Shown piece by piece: positions 24,720 through 37,860 of a stretch of 64,000 nt of DNA. Under the pieces are notes generated by a model, which was not told the DNA's origin, did not search any database, and worked only from the letters and a program-made list of their open reading frames with translations. Made by a program: the position numbers and the translations under genes. How positions within the stretch are numbered: position 1 is the stretch's first letter; each line of letters starts with the position of its first letter. Source of the stretch: Callorhinchus milii (taxonomy: Eukaryota). The DNA is taken from contig NW_024704743.1 of assembly GCF_018977255.1 (NCBI RefSeq), forward strand, positions 63,490,001-63,554,000, written 5' to 3'.

Positions 24720-24975
24720 GATAAAAATCATTGCCTTTGATATAGTGCCTTTCATGTAAGGGTTTACTGTAAAGTGTAGTGATTGTATACTTTGTAGATA
24801 AACTTGGCAGTCAATTTGAGGACAGCAATATCCCACAAATGGCTATAGACTGAATGAACAATTTTATCTGGGGGATTGTTGGCCAGGACACCGGGAGAAA
24901 CTCCCTTCTCTTTTCGAATAGTGCGATGGGATCTTCAACTTCCATCTGAACAGGCAGATGGGACCTCGCTCAACC
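24720..24975 (-). mobile_element. Old Deu-domain SINE
   Basis: Reverse complement of aagatcccatcgcactattcgaaaagagaagggagtttctcccggtgtcctggccaac plus Deu core. Confidence 0.7.
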
Positions 24976-25689
24976 AGCTTCAGGAAGACGAACTCTGCAC
25001 TGATTACCAGAATTTATGCCTGAATTTGTTGTGCAGAGAAAAGAAGCAAGTCTGCAGTAATAATGAAGTTCAGAAATGAACTTTTAGTAATATCAATGCA
25101 ATGTCATAAATATAATCTATTATTTCACATTTGTGATTTCGTAAAGGACATTGCAGGATGAAGGCATTTTAGACTCTACTGTTTTAAAAAGCAGGTATAG
25201 TGTTTGATCAAAACTATTTCTACAGTATACAGAATTGTGCTACAGTATGCATATTAAATTACCCGACATTTTCTGCATTGTACTACCAGAAAGAAGTACA
25301 CTATTCACCTCATGGAATAGTGGGTCTGGAGGTCTCATATTTCTCATCTGTATTTTCCAATCAGCGATATTATTCATCAATTTCACATTCCAATCGCTGG
25401 TGAAAACTATCAGGAAAAAGTAGCAGCAGTGGAATAAACTACAAAAACGTGCATTTATATAGTGCCTTTATAAACATTTATATAGGGAGATGTCTGAAAA
25501 GGCCTTATAGAGTTGCTACTAGACACCACATAGGGAGGTTGGGGGAAGAGAAGAAGAGAGTTGACTAGAGGCACAAGTTTTCAGGATTTTTGTTTAAAAA
25601 AATAAATAGCAAGGGAAAGGGTAGAGGGATTCAGGGAGCGAGGTCCAGAAGGAAGGGGCAAAGTGTTTCAAACGTTCTGCCACAAGGTA

Positions 25690-26650
25690 TAGCAGGCCCA
25701 AGGTGGAGTGTGCAACCATGGATGGTGATGCTGTCAATGCCTGAGGTGTGGAGGCACTGACGGGAGCCATTCAGGAGAGCCGCGGTCTTGTTGATGTTCA
25801 ACTGAAGAAAGTTAGCTCTCATTCAGGACTTGATGTCTGACAGACATTCTCTCAGCACAGCAGTGGTCCTGGCGTTTAGGGTGGAGGCAGAGAGGTAGAG
25901 TTGGGTGTCATCCATATACATGTGGAAGTTGACCCCATGTCTGCGGATGATGTCACCAAGAGGGAGCATGTAGATACTAAAGAGGAGAGGGTCAAGGACA
26001 GACCCCTGAGGAACACCGCAAGAGAGTGTGCGGGGGCTAGAGGAGAAACCGTTTGTGGAGATGTAGTAGAGATGGTGTGAGAGATATGATCTGAACCATT
26101 CAAGGACAGAATCGTGAAGGCTGAGGTGAGAGGAGAGGCGGTGGATGAGTATAGCATGGTCAACGGTGTCGAAGGCAGCAGAGAGGTCAAGGAGGACGAG
26201 GAGGCAGAGAGAGCCCTGTTTGCAGATGGACAGAATGTCATTTGTCACTTTGACCAGAGCTGTTTCTGTGCTGTGGGCAGCACGGAAACCCGATTGGAGG
26301 GGTTCGTGAAGGGATTGGCGGGAGAGGAAGGAGCGAAGTTGTGTAGCAACGACTCATTCCAGGACCTTGGAGAGGAAAGGGAGGTTGGAGATGGGGGCGG
26401 TAGTTTGAGAGCAGGAATGGGTCCAGGGAGTTTTTTTTAAGGATGACAGCCATTTTTAAAGCAGTGGGAATGGTACCAGTGGACAGAGAGAGGTTTATGA
26501 TGTCTGTGAGTAGAGGGGCAAGGAGGTAGAGCTGGGAGGTAAGTAGATGGGTAGGGATGGGGTCGAGGGAAGAGGTGGTCGGTTTCATGAGTGGTGATGA
26601 GAGAGGAGTGAACTGAGGGATTAAGAGGGTAGTAAGGATGGAGAAGGTCA
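25690..26650 (-). mobile_element. L2 LINE RT fragment
   Basis: ORF 25823..26248 [40 protein letters not shown]. Confidence 0.92.
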
Positions 26651-26704
26651 AAAAGGAAGGGTGTGGCTAAACTTAATAATAAATAAGTCACCTCGTAATA
26701 CTTA

Positions 26705-27510
26705 AAACCATCAACCTCTACCACTTCTTATCCACTGGCACTGTTCCCACCCCCCTAAAAACAGCTGCCATCACCTCCATCCTCAAAAAACCTTCTCTGG
26801 ACCCATCTCTACTCTCCATTTATCGCCCCATCTCCAACCTCCCATTCCTCTCCAAGGCCTGGAACAAGTTGTTGTGTCCCAGCTTTGCTCTTTCCTCTCC
26901 CGCCATTCCGTCTTTGAACCCCACCAATCGGGTTTCCATGCTGCCCACAGCATGGAAAAAGCCCTGGTCAAAGTCACCAATGACATTCTGAACATCTGTG
27001 ACCAGGGCTCTCTGTGTCTCCTTGTCCTCCTCGACCTCTCTGCTGCCTTCAACACTGTTGACCATTCCATACTTCTACGCATCTCTCATCACAGAGGATA
27101 CAGTTCAATATCCTGGTCCTCACTTTCAAAGGCCTCCATGGCCTTGCTCCACCCCTACCTCTGTGACCTCGTAGCCCCTTACCAACTTGTCCGCTCTTTC
27201 TGCTCAGCAGGCTCTGGCCTGCTTCACGTTCCCCGCCTCACCTGACCAACCATTGGCAGGTGGGCCATCTGCCCCCACCCTTTGGAACTCCATCCTGCAG
27301 TCCCACCGCCTCACCCCCTCCCTTGCCTCATTCAAGACCCATCTCAAGATTCTCCTCTTCGACTGTACCTTCAGTCACCCTCGTTCCCCCCGTCCTCCAC
27401 CCCCCTGATCCTGACCCCCTGCTTGTGTCTGAAACACTGATTGTCCAGCACCTTGGGACGTCTTCCCAACGTGAAAGGCGCTCTACGAATATAATTTTGT
27501 TGTTGTTGTT
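26705..27510 (+). mobile_element. L2 LINE fragment with internal deletion (jump near 27080)
   Basis: HQSGFHAAHSMEKALVKVTNDIL..DLSAAFNTVDH, then directly the 3'-terminal part and tail. Confidence 0.9.
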
Positions 27511-28540
27511 ATTAAAATGGACATGTGCATGGCATTGATGTTGGATACAAGGAAGTCCATATCCTTGTGTTTTGGATTTCAAAGTGACCTGGTTAATCAG
27601 ATAAAATTAGTCATTAAACTTATGATTCTTCGTGGAACCTTGCTGTGGACAAAATAGCTATTATGTTTGCATAGAAAAACAGTCTCTGAACTTGACAATA
27701 ATTATTGTAAAGGGTTTTACAATGTTTTGACAAGATCAGGTGCTACAAAAATATCTTTCTCCGATACCTGTCATGGGCAAGTCTAGACTGTGAGCACTGG
27801 CATGCCAGTCAGCTGTGAGTGGCTTTGAGCCAACCATATCCTCTCTTTACCCAATGCTATACACGTACACACTTTCCACTATGATTCACTTCAGTCATTA
27901 AGAGTGGAAACTATAGCTAATTTCTCCTCTCCACAGTCCAGAGGTGTTGAGGCTATTTTCAAACTCTTATCACCTTAGTTGTGACCAGCTAACTCAATGT
28001 GAACAAACGATCAATCCCATGACTTTGTGTTCTGTATAGTTCACTTGTCACTGACCCATGGAGGGGGAAAAGAGAGGGAAGAGAATATTACATTCCTTTG
28101 TGTTTCTCTATCTTCCCACAAAAAATTAAAGCAAATAATTTAGCAAAATTCATCATGGAAGCACGAGTTATCGTATAATAGAATATGAAAGCACTGCATT
28201 TCCTAAAGAAAAAGGTTAAATTATAAATAGCGGAGCGTTCAGGCTGAACAGCATGACAAAATCATCCTGCACAATATGCAGCTTTTACATAGTTATGTAC
28301 TAGTCCCTCCACTCACGACTGAAATCTCACTGCCAACTCTTTAAATGGATGTGCTTTCGTTTGGCTGCTAAATGGTGGTTGTTATACCCTGCTGAGAAAA
28401 GTGCTTTTGAGAATAATGCCGAGATATTTTCCTCTAACTCGTTTAGTGTTTGATGTCTCAGTTGTCACCTTTGGCAGCTGAGTTTTTTTAAAAATAAACT
28501 TTACTTTTGTGATTTTCTTTTTACCATTAACATGACTCAC

Positions 28541-28567
28541 AAAGACTTGAATCTTTTCCCCTTCAAA
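28541..28567 (-). CDS. 27-nt coding microexon ((S)LKGKRFKS(F))
   Basis: Acceptor actactttttcag, consensus donor gtgagt; phase 2-2 fits both neighbouring exons. Confidence 0.7.
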
Positions 28568-28734
28568 CTGAAAAAGTAGTGAATAGTTACAGCTTTTACC
28601 ATCTGCTACATCACATGACATGTGATATAGGGATCCGGAGAGGAACCGTTATCTTGGAGATATTAAGACACTACAAATTGTTTATGATGCCAAAGTACAT
28701 TAGAAAATACACGGGCAGAAATTCCTTTCGCCAA

Positions 28735-28970
28735 CAAATTACATTTGTATAGCGCTTTTCACGTCGGGAGGACTCCCAAGGCAATGCACAGTCAGGGATT
28801 TGGACCCGAGCTGGGGGTTGGGATCATGGTGGTGGAGGGCAGGGAAAGGTACGGGTAGGAGGGTGACCGAAGGAGGAGTTGAAGGAGGCAAGGAAGGGAG
28901 CAAGGCAAAGGGGCTGTGGATGGAGTTCCAAAGGATTGGGTCAGAGAGGCTGAAGGCCTGACTGCCGATG
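28735..28970 (-). mobile_element. L2 3' end
   Basis: AFSLSDPILWNSI; tail cccgacgtgaaaagcgctatacaaatgtaattt. Confidence 0.85.
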
Positions 28971-29964
28971 ATATATATACACACACATGCACCATGCACC
29001 TATATACATATATCATTGCTATATGTATTTGGTGATGTTGGCTACTGATGGGATATCCCATTTATAGTCACACATTATCAAAGGCGCTAAGCATAACTGA
29101 ACCAAATTTTTATCCCAGAATGCCTTGAATTACTTGTACTGGTGGTCACTAAAGTAAAAAAGTAAAAAAAGAAGTTAATGGTTTACATGGTTTCCTTAGC
29201 TGAGGAGGAGAAGACGAGAAACCCAAACTCTTATTGACACGGGCATTACTTGCTGTCCAATTTCCCACTATCTTTTTATGAAAAATTGCCTGGGTCCCCA
29301 ACTTAACACCAATGCTAATGCCACAATGACAACAAATTATATTTCTATAGCACTAAGGCTATATAATCTCTAAATACTTCAGCAAATAGGGATGGAATGA
29401 GGGGGAAATTAGAATGTAAGAGTGCTGACCAAAGACATGGTCATATGGCTCAGAGACGATCCACAACTTGCTGTGGGTACTTGAGTGACAGCTGTTCCCA
29501 GACTCTTAGTGAGATAGAAAGTGCACCAGCTTTGTCAACAAACTCACTGTGGGTTGTCCTAATTCACTCAAATTAAGTGCACTGCTATTTGCAGGATGTG
29601 CTGTGTTTCATTACACATCCCGATACTGGGACGACTATGCGTAACTGTCAAAACAGACAGAAAACCTGTTTCCAGAGTGAAGGATAGCGAAACGTTCACT
29701 AAAAATCATGATTCAGCTGCGTGCGAAGCCTGAGTAAGTTTCTCACCCGCACACTGGATATGTGAACAAAGAAGTTCAGCAAAAATAACATCTGATAATT
29801 TTCAGAGAAGAGAGCTTAAATTACTCACAAGCTATACTGCCTTATAAGCTTCCTCAGACGTGGGGCTTTAGGTCGCTGCTTCTCCTGAACCCCACTTACT
29901 GCTGTACCATCTTGTAATGGTGCTGCACATCTGGAATAGTCAAAAAAGAAGCATGGTTTGTTAT

Positions 29965-30240
29965 AACAATAATCTTTGCATTTGATATAGCGCTTTTCAC
30001 GTCTTGTAGATGTCTCAAAGCGCTTCATAGAATAGACTGTAACGTTAATTGACTGTATATATTTGTGGGCGAAATGCGGCAGCCAATTACGCACAGCAGT
30101 GTCCCACAAACAGTCATGAATTGAAAATGACCAATTTATTATTGTGTCTTTTTGAGGGATTATTATCAGGCATGTGGAGCTTAAGGAAACTTGCCCAAGA
30201 TTTCACCCTGCTGGGAATCAAACCCAGGTTATGTTCACTT
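29965..30240 (-). mobile_element. tRNA-Deu SINE, short form
   Basis: Partial head (B box), ataataatccctc junction, Deu core, tail. Confidence 0.85.
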
Positions 30241-31089
30241 GTTTTGCAGATTGTTTTTAGCATTCAACATGGTATCTAAAAACAACACCCAAAATGGGTA
30301 AGTTTACATTCGGAGACCAGAATCTCATAAATCAGTGATTCAGCTCCTTGCGAAGCCTGAGTAAGTTTCTCACCCGCACACTGGATATGTGAACAAAGAA
30401 GTCACTTATTTGTAAAACATAATATATAAATAGACTGAAACATAGTATATAAATAAGCCTTGCATTTTTATGTTTTATCACATCATCAAAACGTCTCAGA
30501 GCATGATAGGATTTTACTGTAAAGGGTATACTGTGCATTATATGCATAAATGCTTGAATGAAGTAGTGACTTATCCAGGGATTGGAATATGCTGCAGGAA
30601 CAATTTTGAAAGCAGAACTCCTACATTGGCAGTATTCATTGATGAAGCCAAATAAAGGAGGATCCTAAGATATTAAACATTTCACAGAGGGAGGGCAGGG
30701 AAGTGACCTCAGGTAGAGGAGAAGTGGTATGTACAAACACTACCTGTTTTAATATAAAAATTGATACTTTTATGGAATTCCTCTGCTAGCAGGAAAAGGA
30801 GCAGGAAGATCTTAAGGTCATTTGGGAAATCCTGTAACTAGAAAGCACATCCCAATTCTGTAATGATGACGACTTAAAATAAAACAGAATGTTTTCCTTG
30901 GCAATCTAATACTCATTATATTCACATACTAATATAATATTTACGGTTACTGCTTAGTCGTCCTTAAAGGAGAACTGAGTTCATGAAAAAATAGGTCAGT
31001 AAATCTTTTTAAATATTTTAAATATTTACCCCAAAGCAATTTGGGGTAAATATGTACCTCAAAGCAAATTGTACTGCAATGTTTTTTTT

Positions 31090-31680
31090 TTGGTCAGCCA
31101 AGTGTCTGACACATGCATAAACCCTTCACCATATTTAAGAGTATCCAAACCAAGTTGAGAGTTCCATGTATCCCACTTACACATGGAAATTCCAGGGATA
31201 TTTTTTGTAACGGAATGCACTCTCTCTCCCTGGAGAGACACATCTTGCTTACCTAATTCTGTAAAGTGTTAGACGAAGTTGGCAAGAGTACTGCATGGTT
31301 TGCCTTTAAGAACACTGCCTGGGAAGTTTTCTCCCTGCTTATCCAGCGAGCACTACCCATTAGGGCTTTAGCTTGCAGGGTTAACGGAAGCGGAGTTCAA
31401 AGAGTCCCCAGTGACTGGCCTGCTGTTTCAAGTCCTTCCGATGAGCCAGACTGGCTGTGCTGTCATCAGGAGTACTCCAGACCTGCCTGGTTCAGGAATT
31501 GAACCACCGAGACCGCCATAGCGGTTGATTCTAACATTCCGTTGCCAAACATATCAACTCGGAACCAACTCAGTTTCAAGGAGACCAAGCTTACCTCCCC
31601 CCACTCCCCCCAAGGAGGATAAAAGCATACTCAACAGCTGCAATTATTAGATATCAAATTGGCTGTCACACACTTTTTGC
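31090..31680 (+). repeat. Unclassified interspersed repeat of about 600 bp (reference copy)
   Basis: Homologous blocks at 2455-2965, 33450-34010, 38525-39085 (+) and 15150-15730, 40900-41200, 46690-46870 (-). Confidence 0.75.
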
Positions 31681-34423
31681 TGGGGTAATATCAGATGAAC
31701 TAAACTGGAATAAATGTAGGTTCTCTCCAGGCATGAAAAGCCACGAAAAACCCATATCAAATGCAAGGATAATTATTATTGTTTCTAGTTGCAAGACTGA
31801 TTTTCTGAAAAAAACTAGTTTCTAAATCAGATCACTTTAGGAATTTTCCAAAATTCTCATGATCTTCAATTTCAAGATCTCTCTCTTACATTTAAAACTG
31901 TGTGCCTGAAGGGCCCCCAAACTGTCCATTGTGCGTTGATACGAAATCACCACTGCATGCTAAAAATGCAGTCTTAGTTGAAGTGACTTTGATGGACATT
32001 GTGTTTAGGAGAAAAGAGTGCCAACAGTGCTCGTTGCTACGAAGGAACAAATTCTGTCAATCATTTGTGGGAGAACAACACTTGCGTTCAGTACCTGAGT
32101 GCTGAACGCACTCTGAGACACTACCCTGCGTGGAGGGCACTATACAAGTGCACGTTGTTGTTGTTAATCTGCTGTCTACTTATCTTTCCCATTCCTTCGC
32201 CTCCCCTTCCCCCGCTCCCTGAGATTTTGCTGATTAAAAAAACTGCATTACTTTTTGACCTCTGTTGCCTTAGCAATGGGAAAACACATCAGTAGTCTGT
32301 CAGTATCAAAATAACCTCAAATTTTGGTTTGCAGAACAGATGTGCAACCCAGCTCTGTGTTCCAGGCACCTGTCCTGGAATCTACAAAAGGATACATCAT
32401 CATTAAATATTAACATGAAATATTTTTCTAAATGGAAACATCCAGAAATATTAGATTCTCATATTCAATCCTGAATAACAACACGTGATAAGACAGTATA
32501 TCAAATGCAAGGATTATTATTATTATTATAATGCAACACGTAAATTAGACATACATGTCTTTAAACTGATCAGATCCATCATCTCAGAGATTATATTACC
32601 ATGCCTTGGATTAAAAATTCAACCGGAGTCAAGAGTCAAAAGGGGATCATTGACACATTGGTTAGGTTGCAACAATCTGATTATCAGATTAAATTCATTG
32701 TCTGACAAAGTAAAGAGTTCATTAAGATAACATGACTGAAAATATAAAACCAGCTGACAAACTACAAGCCCTGAACAAATGCTTAGCGTTTAACAACAGT
32801 GTTGGCAATCAATGAAGTAAAGGTGCATTATTAAACGTAGACTGAAGAGGGCACAATCCACAGTTTAATAAAACTAAAGGAAGCTGGATTGAAATCAAAT
32901 CAACCATTTGTACAAGGTAAATTCAATTTGAAACAAAGAAAAATATTCTGTTTTAAATTCCCCTCCCCAGGTAATTAGTGATCAAGATTTGCGATAATTA
33001 GTGATCAAGAGTAGAGACCCTGGCTATTTTAACCTCCTGCCCAGCAGGAGGGCAAAGTTACCAAATGCGGCATTTCCTCTGTTGGCTCACCTGAGATCAG
33101 ATAATCCAGTGTAGATTGGGGATTAAACTAAGAACCTTTCTGGTCTGTATAGCTCAGGCTCAAACTAAGTAAGGTAGTTATTGCTATTTGCAGTTTGTAA
33201 AGCAATACCCCAAACCAACTTAAAAAGTGGAAAAACAGGCTCTCCGAATGAATGAAGAGGAATGTTTTAGTCACAAGACTCAGAGATTACATACAGAAAC
33301 TGGTTAACTGAAAAAAAGCATTGTTTGTAGAGATTTGGATCTGAGATGTGTGGACGTCAACTGGTGCTGTCAACAGCGTCAGAGTCATAATCTTGCTGAC
33401 CTTAGTAATGCACTAATGTAAAAAAATAAATAAGTCATTTTGTTTTGTCAGGGTGGTGTCTGACACAAGCAGAAACCTATTATCATCCTGCTTAAGAGTA
33501 TTCCACCCAGAAACAATTCCACAAATACATGCCATCAAGGCATATTTCCTTGAATAATAGGTGCACTCTCTCCCTGGAGAATGCACATTGCTTATTTAAT
33601 TTTGGAATTTTCTGGGTGCAAGTTGGCCAAGGTACAGGAACTCCAGAGTATATGTAGGGGTATTGCTGGAGTTTAACCAACTAAAAACACAGTTGTCACT
33701 GTGAGCGTTAGCTGGCACACTGCTTGGCCAGCGGCAATCCTACCCCTTAGGGTTTTGGCTTGTAGGGTCAACAGGACCTGAGTGGGAAGAATCCCTACCC
33801 AAGTGACTTGTGTTCCCCTTCAAGTTTTGCCTGATTACCAGGAGTCCCTGGAGAGCAGTGAACCCACAGAGAACTGGCTCAGGAACTGAAGCATCAAGAC
33901 TGCCACAAAGGATTGATTAGATTCTAGCATTCCCTGCTAAAACACATCATCTTGGAGCCAGCTCAGCCCCAAGCAAATTATGCTTATTCCCCCCCATCCC
34001 CCCAAAGGATACAACAATAATGTAATTTAATGCCTTTCATGTCCAGGGTTGTACCAGTATAATCACCAGTTGGTCATTTATTATCTAGAATATATTAGAT
34101 GGATGGCACGTGCTTTTGTGAACAGTATTTTTAAAAAAAAAATTCTAAGTGTCGTGACTGAGAAGGCATGATTAGGATGGGAGTATCTCATCATAAACAT
34201 ACATCGTCAAAGTATCTATTAATGGCAAGAGAAAATGTTAGTGTCCGCTTCCTGGTTTGTATATTGTATTACCAGCAGGAAATGCAGATTAATTTTTCTT
34301 TAGACAAATCTTATGCATCCTGAATGAACATGTGTATTGCCTGTGGAATTGAAAAATGTAACTTTTTTTTAGATATAGATTTCTGTGCAACTGCTTCCTA
34401 AGGCAGGTGTTGGGAGTAGATCG

Positions 34424-34720
34424 TGGAGTCCTGCAGCTCAGTAGTTAGAGCGCTCGTGGTTCGATTCCCAGCAGGTCAAAACCTTGGGCAAGTTTCCTTA
34501 CTTCACACGCCTGATAATAATCCCTCAAGAAAAGAAAAACAGTAATAATTTGCTCACTCAATCCACGACTGTTTGTGGGACACTGCTGTACGCAATTGGC
34601 TGCTGCGTTTCGCCCACAAATATACAGTCAATTCACTTTACAGTATATTCTGTGAAGCACTTTGAGACATCTAGAAGACGTGAAAAGCACCATATCAAAT
34701 GCAAGGATTCTTATTATAAT
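34424..34720 (+). mobile_element. tRNA-Deu SINE, short form
   Basis: gtggagtcctgcagctcagtagttagagc..ggttcgattccc..Deu core..aaatgcaaggatt. Confidence 0.9.
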
Positions 34721-34904
34721 TTATTTGGACGCTGTTTTTGACACTGACTGACTCAATTCTAAATTAACTTTTGTTATTGTGCTTGAGAACTGGAGAAGGT
34801 GTCTAGATGGGTGTTCAGCACCAATTGCCAGCTTTCATGTTCTCCTGCTGTCCAGGAATAACCACAGCGTCTCTCCTCTGAGAGCAAATGTTCTCATTAC
34901 AAGC

Positions 34905-35018
34905 AGAATTGGCTGCCGCGTTCGCCCACAAATATACAGTCAATTCACTTTACAGTGTGTTCTGTGAAGCGCTTTGGGACGTCCTCCCGACGTGAAAAGC
35001 GCTATATCAAATGCAAGG

Positions 35019-35050
<32 letters not shown>
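34905..35050 (+). mobile_element. Deu-SINE 3' half with an L2-type tail motif and (ATT)n microsatellite
   Basis: aattggctgccgcgttcg...gggacgtcctcccgacgtgaaaagcgctatatcaaatgcaagg(att)n. Confidence 0.85.
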
Positions 35051-35051
<1 letters not shown>

Positions 35052-35239
35052 GAAGAGCTTTCTGCAGACTCCCGTCTGGAACACAATGAATTTACAAAAC
35101 AACGCTGGATGCTGTTCTGGAGCTGAAACACGTGGTGCCAATGAGATTCAAACACACAATCACTTCACTTTACAGAAAACTCTCTGAAGCCCTTTAAGAT
35201 ATTTCAACATTTTAGGCACTATTTCAAATGCAAGGATTA

Positions 35240-36130
35240 CTATCCAGAATTCTGCAGACCATGTCCTCCTCCGCACTAGAGTCTGCAAGCCTATCATCCC
35301 CATCCTCATCCTGATGAACCTAGGTGTCTTCTTTGACCCTCAACTGTCTTTTCTACCCCACATCCAAGCCATGACCCGCTCTGCCTTCCCTCCCCCCCGT
35401 AACATCGCTCAACTCCGCCACTGCCTCACCCCTCAGGCCCCTGAAGCTCTTTTTCATGCCTTCATCACCTCCAGGCTCGACTATGCAAATGCCCTGCTTG
35501 TCGGCCTTCCCAACTCCTCCCTCCACAGGCTGCAGATAATCCAGAACTCTGCAGCCCGTGTCCTCTCCCGCACCAAACTCCGTGACCCCATCTCCCCCAC
35601 TCTCGCCCGACTTCATTGGTTCCCTATACTTCAGAGGATGCAGTTCAAGATCCTGGTCCTCACTTACAAAGCCCTCCATGGCCTCGCCCCACCCTACCTC
35701 TGTGACCTCCTAATCCCCTATCAACGCGCCCGCTCCCTCCGTTCAGCCGGCTCTGGCCTGCTCCACGTCCCCCGACCCACCCGCCCCACCATTGGCGGGA
35801 GAGCCTTCAGCCAATCTGCCCCCAACCTCTGGAATTTCAATCCCCAGTCACTCCGCCTCGCTCCCTCCTTAGCCTCCTTCAAGTCTCGCCTCAAGACCCT
35901 CCTCTTTGACCATTGGTCAGCCCCCTAACTTTCCCCTCCCTTCTCCCCACCTGACCCTAGCTCGGGTCTCAAATGCTATACGTTGTCCAGTGCCTTGGGA
36001 CATCCTCCCAACGTGAAAGGTGCTATACAAATGTAATCTTGTTGTTGTTGTTGATCCACTGGCTCCCTATCCCTCAGCAGGTAGAGTTCAAAATCCTTGT
36101 CCTCACTTTTACATCCGTCCATGGTCTTAT
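35240..36130 (+). mobile_element. Best-preserved L2 3' region (204-aa open ORF2 C-terminus), flanked by short extra L2 pieces
   Basis: ORF 35314..35928 NLGVFFDPQLSF..SRLDYANALLVGLP..QNSAARVL..HWFPI..FKSRLKT. Confidence 0.93.
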
Positions 36131-36212
36131 TATAATAATAAATATTAATAACAATAATACTAATAAATAATATAATAACAAATAATAAAATAATAATAAA
36201 AAATAATAATAA
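36130..36212. repeat. AT-rich (AAT)n degenerate microsatellite (expanded SINE tail); similar tract at 42320-42400
   Basis: Direct reading. Confidence 0.85.
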
Positions 36213-37589
36213 TCCTTGCATTTGATATCGCACTTTTCACGTCTTCTAGACATCTCAAAGCGCTTCATAGAATAGACTGTAAAGTAAATTGACTGTATAA
36301 CGCCTTTTGAAAATTGCAATTAAATTTTTTACAAGCGTTAAAAATTAGATGACAAAGTGGAAATCACATTTAGTGCTTCCCACCCTTTAGTAAATTTTGC
36401 AAATCAGACTGCACTTTGTGCAGTTTTAAGAAAAAAAATTGATCTGGTTGATTTACCCATCTCTGACTATTTTTATTAAATTGTCCAGACTTTTTGACTT
36501 GGAACACAAGGACAAAATCAGAGGGCAAAGATTTCAATTTAAAAAGCCTCAAGCTAACCCCCACTGTTAAGACTGTGCTGGATCCACAACTGACATGTCA
36601 AACTTACATAAGTACAAGAGGAAGATCAAGGCAGACATTTCATGGAACTATCACCCAGCGCGATGCACGCTGAGCTTCCTGCAGATTTGTGTTGCTGCAT
36701 TTCTCTGATGGTTATTACACAGGAACTAACAAGTACCAGTGTAATAACCATCAGGGGAAACTCAATAGATGAGTCATCTGGTAAGCCTGGTCTTGAAATT
36801 TGAAATATAATAAAATAGTGGAAAAATTGTCTTTAAGTAAGTTTACAAATAAAAGTTTACAGCAAAAGCTTACAAATAAATAGTATAGTTTGCTGTCCTT
36901 TGTCGTGCTGCTCGACCCTGCTAATAGAATAACACAAGGCTGCCTCAAGGTAGAAAAGGGAATATCACAAATATATAGAGAAATAAGAATCCCTGCATTT
37001 GAAATAGATCCTTATCATGTTGCCAAGATGTCTCGGAAAGCTTCACAGGATTTACTGTAAAATGTAGTGATTGTATTTGCTGGTGAACATTTTCTACAAG
37101 AAATGAGGTGGAGAGGAATCCCACCTAATTAAGCAAATGAGAACACTCATATAGAAACTCCTCCTCCTACAGTGAACCCCCTCCCCTCCCAGCAGATACA
37201 ACCCTCTTCCCCCAGAGAGTCCTTCCATTCCTTATAGTGACTCTCAATAAACTCATGCAGTGGTACCTGAATAAAAAAATAAATTGCATTGAACAGTCTG
37301 GGTGAAACTTGACTATACAAAGAGAAAATGACAGCAATGATAAAACAAGGGCTTGCTCACAAGATAATTGATGAAGTATTATGTATCATTGCAATATGCT
37401 CAAAAACTGACTTATTTTTTGCTGTAGGTTATATAAATATTTTGCCTGTTTAAAATCAAAATAAAATCCAGACGAATAATATCTTTATTACATCCTTTTC
37501 CCCCTATAAGGTAACAAAATAGATATTTTCTGCACAAAAAGAGTCCATAAGGTCCAACTCTCTTCCTTCATCCTTCAAATAAGATGTTA

Positions 37590-37860
37590 ATCCAATGTCT
37601 ATCTGTTCAGGTGGACCTCAAAGATCCTATGGCACTATTTGAAAAGAGAAGGAATTTTCTCCCAGTGTTCTGGCCAATAATTCCCCTCCCAGGTAAAATT
37701 GTCATTCACTTCATAGTTTTTGTGGCACACTGCTGTGCATAAATTGATTGTCATTTTAACCTACAAGCTCAAAGTCATTACATTTTGCAGTAAATCTTGT
37801 GAAACACTTTGAGATCTCAACAGCATGATATATCAAATTCAACGTTTATCATTATCATCC
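37590..37860 (+). mobile_element. Old Deu-domain SINE
   Basis: tgttcaggtggac..aaagatcctatggcactatttgaa...ctggccaa..Deu core. Confidence 0.7.

Noticed and set aside
32970..33010. Short tandem duplications (also 45550-45590, 50463-50502, 57656-57680)
   Set aside because: Ordinary slippage-scale duplications with no sign of function
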